A stretch of DNA of 64,000 nt from Candidatus Marinacidobacterium sp. (GCA_965220965.1 OZ244852.1:320001-384000), one strand, 5' to 3'. Shown: positions 1-10,032, counted from the stretch's first letter. The notes: a model not told the origin generated them from the sequence alone. Numbers and translations are program-made.

Positions 1-1282
1 CGGACACCAGGGAGAGAACGAGGAAGTCCCGGATCCGCGGGTCGGAGGCGTCGGCGAGCGCCCGCGCCAGCGCTGTGCGCGCCCGCGGATCGGGGTCCGA
101 CCAGCCGGACATGAGCAGCCGGAACCCTTCTTCGTCCTGGTGGTGGAGAGCCCGCAACGCCCTCGCGCGAACTTCCGGACTCTCGTCCATGGTCCAGTCG
201 ACGAGGATGGGAGCCGCCGGTTCGTGGGTCACGTGGGCGAGCGCGGCGGCCGCCGCCCGCCGCAGCGTCGGAGCGGGCTCTTCCAGCATCGCCAGAAGGC
301 GCGCTCCGACCTCGCCGGGCAGCGGATGTCCCGCCCGCGCGAGCGCCCCGAGCGCCTGGATCGCCTCGCTCCGCACGGCGTCCCCCGGGTGGTTCAGGCG
401 CGGCGCCAGTTCGCCCGCCGTTTCTGGCGCCCGACCGGGATCGCGGGCGCCGGCCCGCCCCAGACCGCGCACTCCGAGCGCCTGGAGAATCGGGTCCGGG
501 GCATCGGCCCAGGCGCGATGGAGCGGCAGCAGCGCCGGTTCCGCGAGCTGCGCCGCGCTCCAGGCGGCGACCCACCACTGGGTCCACGGACGGCCGTCGC
601 GCCCGTAGATCTCGAGCGCCCCGGGAGGTATCTGGCCGCGGACTTCATCGGACGCGCCGAGCGCGGCCAGCGCGAAGAGGCCGAGGCGAGCCTCGTCCCA
701 CGCGGTGCGCCGCCGGGAGGCCTCCACATCCTCCCGTCGCTCCGCGAAGTCCGGGGTCTCCACGATCCCCGCGAGGTGAGACGCCAGCGCCTCCAGCCCC
801 CGGGCGCCGCCCTTTCTGCCGATCGCTTCGAGCGCCTTTTCGCGCACCCGCGCCGCCGGATCCGCGAGCGCCGCCTCCAGCCCGGCCAGCCCCTCCTCCG
901 GGAGCGGATCCTCGAGAATGCCGAGCGCGAAGGCCGCGCTCGAGCGGACCACTCCCGCCTCGTCCTGCGAGAGCGCGAGGAGCAACGGCTCGACCGCCTC
1001 CGGGCGTCCGATGCGGCCGAGCGCCAGCACCGCCTGCCGGCGCGCCTCGGCGTCGGGGTCGAACACCCGGTCCCGCAGCCATCCGTCTCCCAGCGAGCGG
1101 GCGTCCTCGAGCGCGACGATCCGGACGAGCCGCTCGCGCGTCGTCATCGGGGCGGCGGCGGGCTGCTCGCTGGCGGCCGCGGGCTGCCCGCTGGCGGCCG
1201 CGGCGATGAGCGTCGCGCCGATCCACGCGGCCGTCCCGACGGCGAGGCGCCGGGAATCGATCAGGTGAGGGTCGTTTCGCAA
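1..1282 (-). CDS. Exported HEAT-repeat protein, partial (runs off the window start)
   Basis: Not in the ORF track; translated by hand. Signal-like RRLAVGTAAWIGATLIAAAA, then HEAT-type repeats (ARRQAVLALGRIG, VRSSAAFALG, VREKALEAIG, VRSEAIQALG). Start uncertain: TTG 1282, CTG 1264 or ATG 1147. Confidence 0.75.
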   Translation of the reverse strand, partial: MRNDPHLIDSRRLAVGTAAWIGATLIAAAASGQPAAASEQPAAAPMTTRERLVRIVALEDARSLGDGWLRDRVFDPDAEARRQAVLALGRIGRPEAVEPLLLALSQDEAGVVRSSAAFALGILEDPLPEEGLAGLEAALADPAARVREKALEAIGRKGGARGLEALASHLAGIVETPDFAERREDVEASRRRTAWDEARLGLFALAALGASDEVRGQIPPGALEIYGRDGRPWTQWWVAAWSAAQLAEPALLPLHRAWADAPDPILQALGVRGLGRAGARDPGRAPETAGELAPRLNHPGDAVRSEAIQALGALARAGHPLPGEVGARLLAMLEEPAPTLRRAAAAALAHVTHEPAAPILVDWTMDESPEVRARALRALHHQDEEGFRLLMSGWSDPDPRARTALARALADASDPRIRDFLVLSLVS

Positions 1283-2367
1283 AGGGTGTGGCGCCTGATC
1301 ACATCCCGCCGGAGCCCGAAGCCGATGCCTTCGCCGTCCGGAATGGGGACCGCGCCGTCGGGATCCACGGTCACCGGCGGGTCGATCACTTCCTCGACGA
1401 AGTACCGCTCCGACGCGGCCACGTCGCCCGGGAGCGAAAAGCCGGAAAGCGATGACAGGTGGAGGTTGTGCGCCCGTCCCACGCCGCTCTCGAGCATCCC
1501 GCCGCACCACACCGGGACGCCGGCGGCCTCGGCGATGCGGGAGATGTCGCGGGCCGAGGACAGCCCGCCCACCCGGCCGGCCTTGATGTTGATGATGCGG
1601 CACGCGCCCATCTCGAGCGCCCTCCGCGCATCGGCGGGAGACTTGACCGATTCATCCAGGCAGATGGGGGTCTTCAGGCGCTGCTGGAGCGTGCGGTGGT
1701 CCCACATGTCGTCATGGGCCAGCGGCTGCTCGATCATCATCAACCCGAACTGGTCCAGTTCCCGCAGCAGGTCCATGTCGTCCAGGGTGTAGGCGCTGTT
1801 CGCGTCGACCATCAGGTCGATGTCCGGGAAGCGCTCGCGCACCGTGCGGACGACATCGATGTCCCACCCCGGTTTGATCTTGATCTTGATGCGCTGGTAG
1901 CCGGCCGCGAGCTCCAGTTCGATCCGCTCGAGGAGCTCCCGGACGGTGTCCTGGATGCCGATCGAGACCCCCGAAGCGGTGCGCCGCCGCTCGCCGCCGA
2001 GAGCCGCCGCCAGCGATCGCCGGTTCATCCGCGCCCAGGCCTCCCAGACCGCCATCTCGACCGCGGCCTTCGCCATGTTGTGGCCGCGGACTTTGGCGAA
2101 CGAGGGCAGAACCTCGTCGGGGTGGCTGTAGTCCGCCTCTTTCGCCAGCGGCCAGAGGAAGTCCTCGAGCACATGCCGGGCGGTGCGGACCGTTTCGTAG
2201 GAGTAACCGGGATCCCGGTCGGCGACGCACTCGGACCATCCCGCAACGCCGTCCACCAGGGCTTCGACAAGGAAGAACCGCTGGTCGGTGACGCGGGCGA
2301 AGCTGGTCTCGAAAGGAAACCTGAGGTCGAGCTGGAGTTCGCGGAGGGTGATTCGTTCGATTTTCAT
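1261..2367 (-). CDS. menC: o-succinylbenzoate synthase / N-succinylamino acid racemase (NSAR/OSBS, enolase superfamily)
   Basis: KIKIKPG, VDANSAY, EQPL, CLDES, NIKAGRVGG, WCGGMLE and LPGD motifs. Confidence 0.9.
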   Translation of the reverse strand: MKIERITLRELQLDLRFPFETSFARVTDQRFFLVEALVDGVAGWSECVADRDPGYSYETVRTARHVLEDFLWPLAKEADYSHPDEVLPSFAKVRGHNMAKAAVEMAVWEAWARMNRRSLAAALGGERRRTASGVSIGIQDTVRELLERIELELAAGYQRIKIKIKPGWDIDVVRTVRERFPDIDLMVDANSAYTLDDMDLLRELDQFGLMMIEQPLAHDDMWDHRTLQQRLKTPICLDESVKSPADARRALEMGACRIINIKAGRVGGLSSARDISRIAEAAGVPVWCGGMLESGVGRAHNLHLSSLSGFSLPGDVAASERYFVEEVIDPPVTVDPDGAVPIPDGEGIGFGLRRDVIRRHTLCETTLT

Positions 2368-2550
2368 CGCGCTTCCGGCGGCGCGCCGGACGCCGGGAAG
2401 CCGTTGATCTTACGCCCCGCTCCCCACCGTCCCCCGCCTCTACAATGCCTTTCCCGCCCACGGAACGAACCGACGGGGCCTCCAGGCCGGTTCCGGACCC
2501 GGTGTGACGCGGCGCGGGCCCGCGTGGCGCCGCCCGCCGCCCAAGACATC

Positions 2551-3756
2551 ATGATTCCGGAACCCCGCGGCCTCTCGATCCTGGGCGCGACCGGATCGGT
2601 TGGCGCCACGGCGCTCGAGGTCGTGGATCGCTATCCGGACCGCTTCCGGGTCGTGGGGCTCGCCGCCGGGCGGGCCGGGGAACAGCTCGCCTCGCTGGTG
2701 GACCGCTACCGCCCGGAGGTCGTCGGGCTCGGCGGTGACCGCGAGGCGGACGCGTTCCGCAGTCGTTTCGGCGACCGCTTCCCGGACACGACCGTTGTCG
2801 GGGGCGGCGAGGGGCTCGAGACCGTGGCCCGGTGGCCGGGGGCCGGTTTCGTGCTCTCCGCGATCGTCGGGTTCGCCGGGCTGCGTCCCACGCTCGCCGC
2901 GCTGAACGCGGGTCGGGTCGTGGGGCTCGCCAACAAGGAGTCGCTGGTCGCGGCCGGATCGCTGATGGCGCGGGCCGAGGAAGAGGGAGGCGCGCGGCTC
3001 ATTCCGGTGGACAGCGAGCACGCGGCGATCCATCAGTGCCTCGCGGAACGCTCCGAGCCGCCGCGGCGGCTATGGCTCACCGCCTCGGGTGGTCCGTTCC
3101 GGACGGCGACCACCGAGGAGATGGCCGACGTCACGGTGGAGACCGCCCTTCGCCATCCGACCTGGAAGATGGGGCCCAAGATCACCGTGGACTCCGCCAC
3201 GATGATGAACAAGGGCCTCGAGCTGATCGAGGCCCGGTGGCTGTTTCGCCAGGAGCCGGACGCGGTCCGCGTCGTCGTCCACCCGCAGTCCATCGTTCAC
3301 TCCATGGTCGAGTTCGATGACGGCTCGTTCCTCGCGCAGCTCGGGTCGCCGGACATGCGGATCCCGGTGCAGTACGCGCTTACCTGGCCCGAACGGATCG
3401 GAACCGGCCTGGCGCCGTTGTCGCTCGAGGAGCCCTTCTCGCTCGATTTCCACCCCCCCGACCTCGACCGGTTCCCCTGCCTTCGGCTCGCCCGCGAGGC
3501 GCTTGAAACCGGAGGGGATGCTCCCACCGTGCTGAACGCCGCCAACGAGGTCGCCGTCCAGGCTTTCCTCGAGCGGAGGATCGGATTCCGAGACATCCCG
3601 AGGCTGGTCCGTGACACGCTTCGCGCCCACCGGGCGTCGGAACCCGGCGACCTCGAGGATGTGGCGCGCGCCGACGCCTGGGCGCGGGCGCAGGCGTCCT
3701 CGCTGATCTCGCCCCCGCTTCGGGCGCCGGAACGCCCCGCCTTCGCATCTTGCTGA
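2551..3756 (+). CDS. dxr: 1-deoxy-D-xylulose-5-phosphate reductoisomerase
   Basis: LGATGSVG, LANKESLV, PVDSEH, TASGGPFR, HPTWKMGPKIT, NAANEVAV; ATG at 2551 inside the longer ORF. Confidence 0.97.
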   Translation: MIPEPRGLSILGATGSVGATALEVVDRYPDRFRVVGLAAGRAGEQLASLVDRYRPEVVGLGGDREADAFRSRFGDRFPDTTVVGGGEGLETVARWPGAGFVLSAIVGFAGLRPTLAALNAGRVVGLANKESLVAAGSLMARAEEEGGARLIPVDSEHAAIHQCLAERSEPPRRLWLTASGGPFRTATTEEMADVTVETALRHPTWKMGPKITVDSATMMNKGLELIEARWLFRQEPDAVRVVVHPQSIVHSMVEFDDGSFLAQLGSPDMRIPVQYALTWPERIGTGLAPLSLEEPFSLDFHPPDLDRFPCLRLAREALETGGDAPTVLNAANEVAVQAFLERRIGFRDIPRLVRDTLRAHRASEPGDLEDVARADAWARAQASSLISPPLRAPERPAFASC

Positions 3757-5090
3757 CTCTTCTCGCCTTCGTGCTCGTTGTGGGCACGCTCGTCATCATC
3801 CACGAACTGGGCCACTACCTCGTGGCGCGCTGGATCGGGGTCCGGGTGGAGACGTTTTCGGTCGGGTTTCCGCCCACGGTGTACCGGCGGCGCCTCGGCG
3901 AGACCGACTTCACCATCGGACTGCTCCCGCTCGGCGGCTTCGTGAAGATGGCCGGGGACTCTCCCGACGACGACAGCGACGATCCACGACTCCTGGGGAA
4001 CCGGACGCGGGGCGAGCGGCTCGCCATCCTCTTCGCCGGCCCGGCGATGAACTTCCTGCTGGCCGTCGCGCTCCTCAGCGGCCTCTTCTACTTCGGGACG
4101 AACCGGCGCGTGGGTCTGAACGATCCCCCGGTGGTGTCCTGGGTGGCGCCGGATTCCCCGGCCGGCGAGGCGGGAGTGCGCGCCGGCGACCGCATCGCCT
4201 CGATTGGCGGGGAGCCGATCGACGACTGGCGCGCCGCGCTCGAGGCGATCGCCCTCCGGCCGGACCAGGAGGTCCTCTTCGAAGTGGAGCGCGAGGGGGC
4301 GGTCCAGGCCGTCGAGGTCCGGATCGCCTCGGAGGGTCCGGACGCCATCGGCAACGCCGGGATCTATCCGCCGGCGCCGCCGATCGTGGGGTCGGTGGAT
4401 CCCGGAACCCCGGCCGAACGCGCGGGCCTCGCTCCCGGGGACCGGATCGTGCGCGTCGACGGGGAACCGGTCGGAAGCACCCAGGAAGTCGCGCGCTTCG
4501 TGCGCACCGGCGGTATCCGACCCATCGTTTTCGCCCTCGAGCGCGAGGGCGCCGAGATCACCAGGACAGTGACTCCCGAGTTCTGGGACGACCCCGCGAC
4601 CGGAGAGACGTTCCCCCGGGTGGGCGTCCGGTTCGAGCCGCCCTATCGTTTCGTGCGCGCCGAGTCGGTTCCGGACGCCGTGCGCCAGGCGGTCGTCGAG
4701 ACCACCCGCTGGGGCGCGCTCACGCTCGGCCAGTTGGGGAGGTTCGTCCGGGGATCGGCGCCAGCGGAGCAGTTCTCCGGCCCCATCGGCATCGCCCGGG
4801 CTTCCGGAGACGCGATTCGCCAGGGACCGGTGAACCTGATCCTGCTCATGGCGATTCTCAGCCTGAGCCTGGGCGTGCTGAACCTGTTGCCGATTCCGGT
4901 GCTCGACGGCGGCCAGATCGCGGTGCTGCTGTTCGAATCCGTCGCCCGCCGGGACATCAGCCCGAGGGCGCGCCGCACCCTGACGGCCGTCGGCGCCGCC
5001 TTCATGCTGGTGCTGTTCGTGCTCGTGATCTTCCTCGACCTCTCCAAGATCGGAGCGGTCTCCGGCCTGCTGGATTTCCTCGGCGGGTAA
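3750..5090 (+). CDS. rseP: RIP metalloprotease with two PDZ domains
   Basis: HELGH, AGPAMN and NLLPIPVLDGG motifs; follows dxr. Confidence 0.96.
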   Translation: MLTLLAFVLVVGTLVIIHELGHYLVARWIGVRVETFSVGFPPTVYRRRLGETDFTIGLLPLGGFVKMAGDSPDDDSDDPRLLGNRTRGERLAILFAGPAMNFLLAVALLSGLFYFGTNRRVGLNDPPVVSWVAPDSPAGEAGVRAGDRIASIGGEPIDDWRAALEAIALRPDQEVLFEVEREGAVQAVEVRIASEGPDAIGNAGIYPPAPPIVGSVDPGTPAERAGLAPGDRIVRVDGEPVGSTQEVARFVRTGGIRPIVFALEREGAEITRTVTPEFWDDPATGETFPRVGVRFEPPYRFVRAESVPDAVRQAVVETTRWGALTLGQLGRFVRGSAPAEQFSGPIGIARASGDAIRQGPVNLILLMAILSLSLGVLNLLPIPVLDGGQIAVLLFESVARRDISPRARRTLTAVGAAFMLVLFVLVIFLDLSKIGAVSGLLDFLGG

Positions 5091-5118
5091 CGCCGGGATC
5101 GGCGGCCCGCCGGGCCCT

Positions 5119-5967
5119 TCAGGCGATCAGGCCCTTCGTCGCCTCGAACACGATGGCCCCGAAGAGCAGTCCATCCACCCGGTCGAGGACGCCGCCGTGG
5201 CCGGGGATGAGGCGGCCGCTGTCCTTCTGTCCGGAGGCTCGCTTCCAGTAGGACTCGAACAGGTCGCCGAGGGCCGCGGCGGCGGAGAGCGCGGCGCCCA
5301 GCCAGAACGCCGCGCCGGCTCCGGCTCCGGGGGGAAGCGCGCCCGCGAGCCACGGGGCGGCGAAGTGCGCCGTCGCTCCGCCGAACAGGAGCTGGGCCGC
5401 GAAGCCGGCCCATGTCTTTCCCGGACTCAGCCGGGGCGCAAGCCGCGGGCCCCCGATCAGCTTGCCGCCGCCCCAGGCCCCCGCCTCCCCCAGCATGACC
5501 GCGCCAATCAGGAAGAGCAGCGCCTGACCGCCGGCCTCGCCGGCGCTGATCCGGAGCAGGGCCGCGGCGGGGACGCCGATCCAGACCGCGGTGATCGCCG
5601 CCGCGCCGAGCCAGGCCAGACCGCCCCGGGTATGCGGCAGTCGCAGCGCGATCCCGGCGAGCGCGAGCAACAGGAGCGCCCCCGGCAGAGCGCCCAGGGG
5701 GCCGCTTCCGATTCCCCCGACCGCGACAGCGAGAACCGGGACCGCGCCGGCGAGCAGCCCGAAGCCGCCTTCGGGGGCGTGTCCGTCGCCGGGCGCGCCG
5801 CCCGCCGGCGTCTCGCCGAAGGCGGTCGCCGCCAGCCGGACCGCCTCGTGGCTCGCATAGAGCGCGACCAGGAGGATGACGATCTGCCGGACGAACAGCG
5901 GGACGAGGAGGCAGACCGCTCCGATGGCGGCCGCGACCGCGACGGCGCTCAGAAGCCGGCGATGCAT
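5119..5967 (-). CDS. cdsA: Phosphatidate cytidylyltransferase
   Basis: SPGKTWAG and GDLFESYWKR..KDSGRLIPGHGGVLDRVDG; hydrophobic. Confidence 0.93.
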   Translation of the reverse strand: MHRRLLSAVAVAAAIGAVCLLVPLFVRQIVILLVALYASHEAVRLAATAFGETPAGGAPGDGHAPEGGFGLLAGAVPVLAVAVGGIGSGPLGALPGALLLLALAGIALRLPHTRGGLAWLGAAAITAVWIGVPAAALLRISAGEAGGQALLFLIGAVMLGEAGAWGGGKLIGGPRLAPRLSPGKTWAGFAAQLLFGGATAHFAAPWLAGALPPGAGAGAAFWLGAALSAAAALGDLFESYWKRASGQKDSGRLIPGHGGVLDRVDGLLFGAIVFEATKGLIA

Positions 5968-6031
5968 GACTCCGGGGCGCTTTCCCGCGGGTTGGCCAGA
6001 GAGAAGGTCGGAGACGCCGAGGCTTCGGGGC

Positions 6032-6817
6032 TCAGCCGAGTCCTCCGTAGCGGCGGATCCGGCGCTGGAAGTCGAGGATGGCTTCGTAGAAGTGGCGGCG
6101 GCGGAAGTCGGGCCAGAGCGTTTCGGTGCTCCAGAACTCGGTGTAGGCGGTCTGGAAGAGCAGGAAATTGGACAGCCGCATCTCGCCGCTCGTCCGGATC
6201 AGAAGGTCCGGGTCCGGGAGACTTGCGGTCGTCAGGTGCGCCGCGAATCCGGCTTCGTCGAGCTCGGGCACGCGTCCCTCCTCGAGCGCCCGCGCCGCGA
6301 ACGCCCGCGCGGCGTCCACGATCTCGGCGCGGCCCCCGTAGTTGAGCGCCACGTTCAGCGACAGCCCGGCGCAGTGCGCGCTCGCCGCCGCCGTCTCCTC
6401 CACCATCTCGCGGACATCGCGGGGAAGTTCGTCAACCCGCCCGATCGCCCGGAACCGGATGGAGTTGGAGATCAGGTTGGCCGCTTCGAGCTGGAGGTAA
6501 GTCTTGACCAGCTCCATGAGCGCCTCGACCTCCTCGGCCGGACGCCGCCAGTTCTCCAGGGAGAAGGCGAACAGGGTCAGGGTGGACAGGCCGAGGCCGG
6601 CGGCGGCCTCCACGATGTCCCGCACCGATTCCACGCCGGCGGTGTGCCCCGCGAGCCGGTCCAGGCGGCGGGACTCGGCCCACCGCCCGTTTCCGTCCAT
6701 GATGACGGCCACATGGAGCGGAAGGCGGGTGCGGTCGATGCGCGCCAGCAGCGAGGGGGCTTCCGCTTCGGGACGGGCTTCCAGGGCGGGGGCGATCGGG
6801 GGCACGGGCCGTCTCAC
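6032..6817 (-). CDS. uppS: Undecaprenyl diphosphate synthase
   Basis: HVAVIMDGNGRWA, FSLENWRRP, NYGGRAEI, DLLIRTSGEMRLSNFLL; GTG start overlaps the truA stop (GTGA). Confidence 0.96.
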   Translation of the reverse strand: MRRPVPPIAPALEARPEAEAPSLLARIDRTRLPLHVAVIMDGNGRWAESRRLDRLAGHTAGVESVRDIVEAAAGLGLSTLTLFAFSLENWRRPAEEVEALMELVKTYLQLEAANLISNSIRFRAIGRVDELPRDVREMVEETAAASAHCAGLSLNVALNYGGRAEIVDAARAFAARALEEGRVPELDEAGFAAHLTTASLPDPDLLIRTSGEMRLSNFLLFQTAYTEFWSTETLWPDFRRRHFYEAILDFQRRIRRYGGLG

Positions 6818-7659
6818 TCTACTGACTGCGGCAGCTCGCCCGGAGCGCCGCGCGCGGACGCTGCGGATCCGGGCGCCGATGCATCCGGGTAAAGCACCCG
6901 GTGGAGCCGGAGCCCGGCGGGCGGCGCCCGGAATCTGGGGCAGGGGTGGTCCGGCGCCTCCAGCATTTCGGCGATCCGGCCCGCGGGCGCCTGCCCGCGT
7001 CCGATGGCCTCCAGCGTCCCGACCATGCGCCGCACCATGTAGCGGAGGAAACCGCTCGCGCTGACTTCCACGACCAGCGCAGGCCCCGATTCGAAGACGC
7101 GGACCGCCGTCACGGTTCGCACCGGGTCCTTCGGACGCTCGTCGGGCGGGGCGTGGAAGAAGGCGCGGAAATCGTGGGTTCCGCGGAAGGCGGCGGCCGC
7201 CGTCTCGAGCGCCGCCCGATCCAGCGGGCGGCCGGTGGCCCAGGCGAACCGGCTCGCCAGCGGGGAAGCGATGGGGCCGGGGATCAGGTGGTAGCGGTAG
7301 GTCTTCGACACCGCGTCGTAGCGGGCGTGGAAGTCCGGCGCCGCCTCGCGGGCGGCCATCACCCGGATGGACGGGGGCAGAAGCCCGTTGAGCGCCGCCC
7401 GGATCCCGTGGGGCGGTATCCGGCGCGGGGCGTCGTAGTGGGCCACCTGCCCTTCGGCGTGGACGCCGGCGTCGGTCCGGCCGGCCGCCAGCAGGGCCGG
7501 CTCCTCCCCGGGCGGCGTCCGGTAGAGCCGGCCCAGCGCCAGCTCCATCCGCTGCTGGACCGTGTCCCGGTCCGGCTGCCGCTGCCAGCCGGCGAAGTCG
7601 GCGCCGTCGTAGGCGAGATCCAGCCGGACGCGGACGACCCCGGAGTCCTTGCGACGCAT
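6814..7659 (-). CDS. truA: tRNA pseudouridine(38-40) synthase
   Basis: YDGADFAGWQRQ, AGRTDAGVHA, GFLRYMVRRMVG. Confidence 0.96.
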   Translation of the reverse strand: MRRKDSGVVRVRLDLAYDGADFAGWQRQPDRDTVQQRMELALGRLYRTPPGEEPALLAAGRTDAGVHAEGQVAHYDAPRRIPPHGIRAALNGLLPPSIRVMAAREAAPDFHARYDAVSKTYRYHLIPGPIASPLASRFAWATGRPLDRAALETAAAAFRGTHDFRAFFHAPPDERPKDPVRTVTAVRVFESGPALVVEVSASGFLRYMVRRMVGTLEAIGRGQAPAGRIAEMLEAPDHPCPRFRAPPAGLRLHRVLYPDASAPGSAASARGAPGELPQSVE

Positions 7660-7849
7660 TGCGGAATCTTCTAACGGAATCGGAGCGTCGGCCGGTTCCC
7701 AAGGATCGCGATCAGCCCGCGGGGGGAAACCCGGGGGAGAGCCCGTTCGTATACGTCACGCGTAGAAACTTCCATCGCACCGCGTCTTGTCCACAGCGGA
7801 GTTACCGTCCCCGCCGGGGCGCCCACCGAGCCACCCCAGGAGATTCCTC

Positions 7850-9421
7850 ATGCGCAGCGTTCTTCCGATTCTCGTTCTGGCCCTCTTCGTCGCGCCTGGC
7901 GCTTCGTGGGCGCTCGCGCCTGACGGTCAGGACGGCGCGGACGCCGCCCCGCAGGGCCAGCCCCTGGAGCTGACGCTGGAGGACGCGATCGCGCAGGCGC
8001 TCCAGAACAACCTGAGCGTTCAGATCTCCCGCATGAACCGTCAGTCCCTCGGGCTCGCGCTGTCGGCGGCCCGCCGGGCCTACACGCCGAATCTGCTTCT
8101 GAACACCGACCTCCGGGAAAGCCTTTCTCCGGCCGAGACCCAGCTCGATGGCGCGGACCAGAACGAGAGCGACACGCTCGTCTACAACCTCCAGATCCAG
8201 CAGCAGCTTCCGTTCGGCGCGAACTACTCGGTGGCGTTCAACAACAACCGCTTCGCCACGAACAGCGCCTTCTCCAACTTCAACCCCCGCTACCGGAGCC
8301 TGCTCACCGCGAGCGTGACCCAGCCGCTCCTGCAGAACCGCTCGACCGACACCCAGCGCCGGCAGATCTTCGTCTCCCAGAATGGGGAACGCCAGGCCGG
8401 CCACGACTTCGAGACGGCCGTGCTGGATGTTCTCCGCGATGTGCAGAACGCCTACTGGGATCTGGTCTTCGCCCGCCAAAGCCACGAAGTCGCGGTCCAG
8501 TCGCTGGAGCTCGCGCGGGATCTGCTCCGGAACAACCAGGTGCAGGTCGAAGTCGGCACGATGGCGCCGATCGATGTGCTCCAGGCCGAGGCCGAGGTCG
8601 CCGCGCGCGAGGAGGCGCTGATCCTCGCCGAGGACGCGATCCGGCAGACCGAGGACGCCCTGAAGGTCCTCATCCGCGATCCCGACGCGATGGGGTTCTG
8701 GGACGGTGAGATCGCGCCTGCGGATGCTCCCACCGTGGATGAGTACGAGGTCGACGCCGACGCCGCCACTCAGCTCGCGCTCCAGCGCCGGCCCGAAGTC
8801 CGTTCCCAGCGGGTCCAGCTCGACTCGAACGAGTACGACGTGCGGTTCTTCCGCAACCAGACGATGCCCCAGGTGGATCTCGTCGGGTCGGCTCAGCTCA
8901 CCGGCGTCGGCGGCACGGAACTCGTCCGGGAGGGTTTCTTCGGGCAGACGCTGGAGACGATCCCCGGCGGCTATACCGATGCGCTCCAGCAGCTCGGCGG
9001 GCTCGACTACCGTGACTGGCTGGTCGGCATTGAGTTCAGCTATCCCATCGGGCCCAACGCCGCCCACGCCCAGCACGCCCAGGCACAGGTGGACGTGGAT
9101 CGCCAGCGGCAGACGATCCGCCAGCAGGAACTCGTGATCGCCCAGGAAGTCCGGAACGCGGTGCGGCAGGTCCAGACGAACCGCCGCCGCATCGACGCCA
9201 GCCGCGTCGCCCGCGAGCTGGAGGAGGAGCGCCTCGACGCCGAGCAGAAGAAATTCGAGGTAGGGATGACCACGAGCTACTTCATCGTTCAGGCGCAGCG
9301 TGATCTGGCCCAGGCCCGCGCCAACGAGCTTCAGGCCATCATCGACTACGCGAAGGCGATCGTCGCGGTGGAGCGCGCCCAGGGCACCCTCGCCGAGCGC
9401 TCGAGCGTCACGATCCGCTAG
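7850..9421 (+). CDS. TolC-family outer membrane protein
   Basis: Signal peptide, LTLEDAIAQALQNN, two OEP repeats, AEQKKFEVGMTT; SD-like AGGAG before ATG 7850. Confidence 0.88.
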   Translation: MRSVLPILVLALFVAPGASWALAPDGQDGADAAPQGQPLELTLEDAIAQALQNNLSVQISRMNRQSLGLALSAARRAYTPNLLLNTDLRESLSPAETQLDGADQNESDTLVYNLQIQQQLPFGANYSVAFNNNRFATNSAFSNFNPRYRSLLTASVTQPLLQNRSTDTQRRQIFVSQNGERQAGHDFETAVLDVLRDVQNAYWDLVFARQSHEVAVQSLELARDLLRNNQVQVEVGTMAPIDVLQAEAEVAAREEALILAEDAIRQTEDALKVLIRDPDAMGFWDGEIAPADAPTVDEYEVDADAATQLALQRRPEVRSQRVQLDSNEYDVRFFRNQTMPQVDLVGSAQLTGVGGTELVREGFFGQTLETIPGGYTDALQQLGGLDYRDWLVGIEFSYPIGPNAAHAQHAQAQVDVDRQRQTIRQQELVIAQEVRNAVRQVQTNRRRIDASRVARELEEERLDAEQKKFEVGMTTSYFIVQAQRDLAQARANELQAIIDYAKAIVAVERAQGTLAERSSVTIR

Positions 9422-9970
9422 TCGCCCGTCCCGGTGGGGACGGAGTCAGCCGGCCAGATCCCCCCGGCGGCAACTCGAGACGCGTACCCGGACGGCGAAT
9501 GGGGGCATCTGGCCCCCGTGACGCGCGTTGTGATGGCCGCGGTCTACGTCGAAGGCGGAGCCGGGAGGAGGGCCAGTTCTCCCGGTGGGGGCTCGGGAGG
9601 GGGGAACCCCCTCCCGCGATTTGTACCGTTCAATCGAAGCTTGGCGTAGCAAGTTTCGATTGCTGGCCCGAAGGGCGCCGAGGGAACGCTCGCCGAGCGC
9701 TCGAGCGTCACGATCCGCTAGCAGTCCGTCCGCGTGGGGAGGGAGTGACACGGCCAGATCCCCCCGCCGGCAATTCGAGACGCGCACCCGGACGGCGAAC
9801 GGGGGCATCTGGCCCCAGTGACGCGCGTCGTGATGGCCGCGGTGTACGTCGAAGGCAGAGCCTGGGGGAGGGCCAGTTCTCCCGGTGGGGGCTCGGGAGG
9901 GGGGAACCCCCTCCCGCGGTTTGTACCGTTCAATCGAAACTTGGCGTAGCAAGTTTCGATTGCTGGCCCG
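9376..9970. repeat. Imperfect tandem duplication, period exactly 300 bp (tolC 3' end plus a ~250-bp hairpin-rich element)
   Basis: Lines 9361-9670 and 9661-9970 align without gaps; about 21 mismatches over 9421-9670 by manual count. Confidence 0.95.
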
Positions 9971-10032
9971 GAGGGCCAGGCGCTGTCCGGGAGGGGCCGC
10001 GAGGGAAGGTGTGGGGAGTGCGCCATGACTTG

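Noticed and set aside
1262-1264. Obligatory CTG start for the HEAT-repeat gene
   Set aside because: An in-frame TTG exists at 1282, so CTG is not required
9434-9649. 71-aa ORF inside the repeat unit
   Set aside because: The second copy has a TGA at codon 5; conservation follows the hairpins, not the reading frame
9376-9970. CRISPR array
   Set aside because: Only two 300-bp units, no short repeat/spacer pattern, no cas genes
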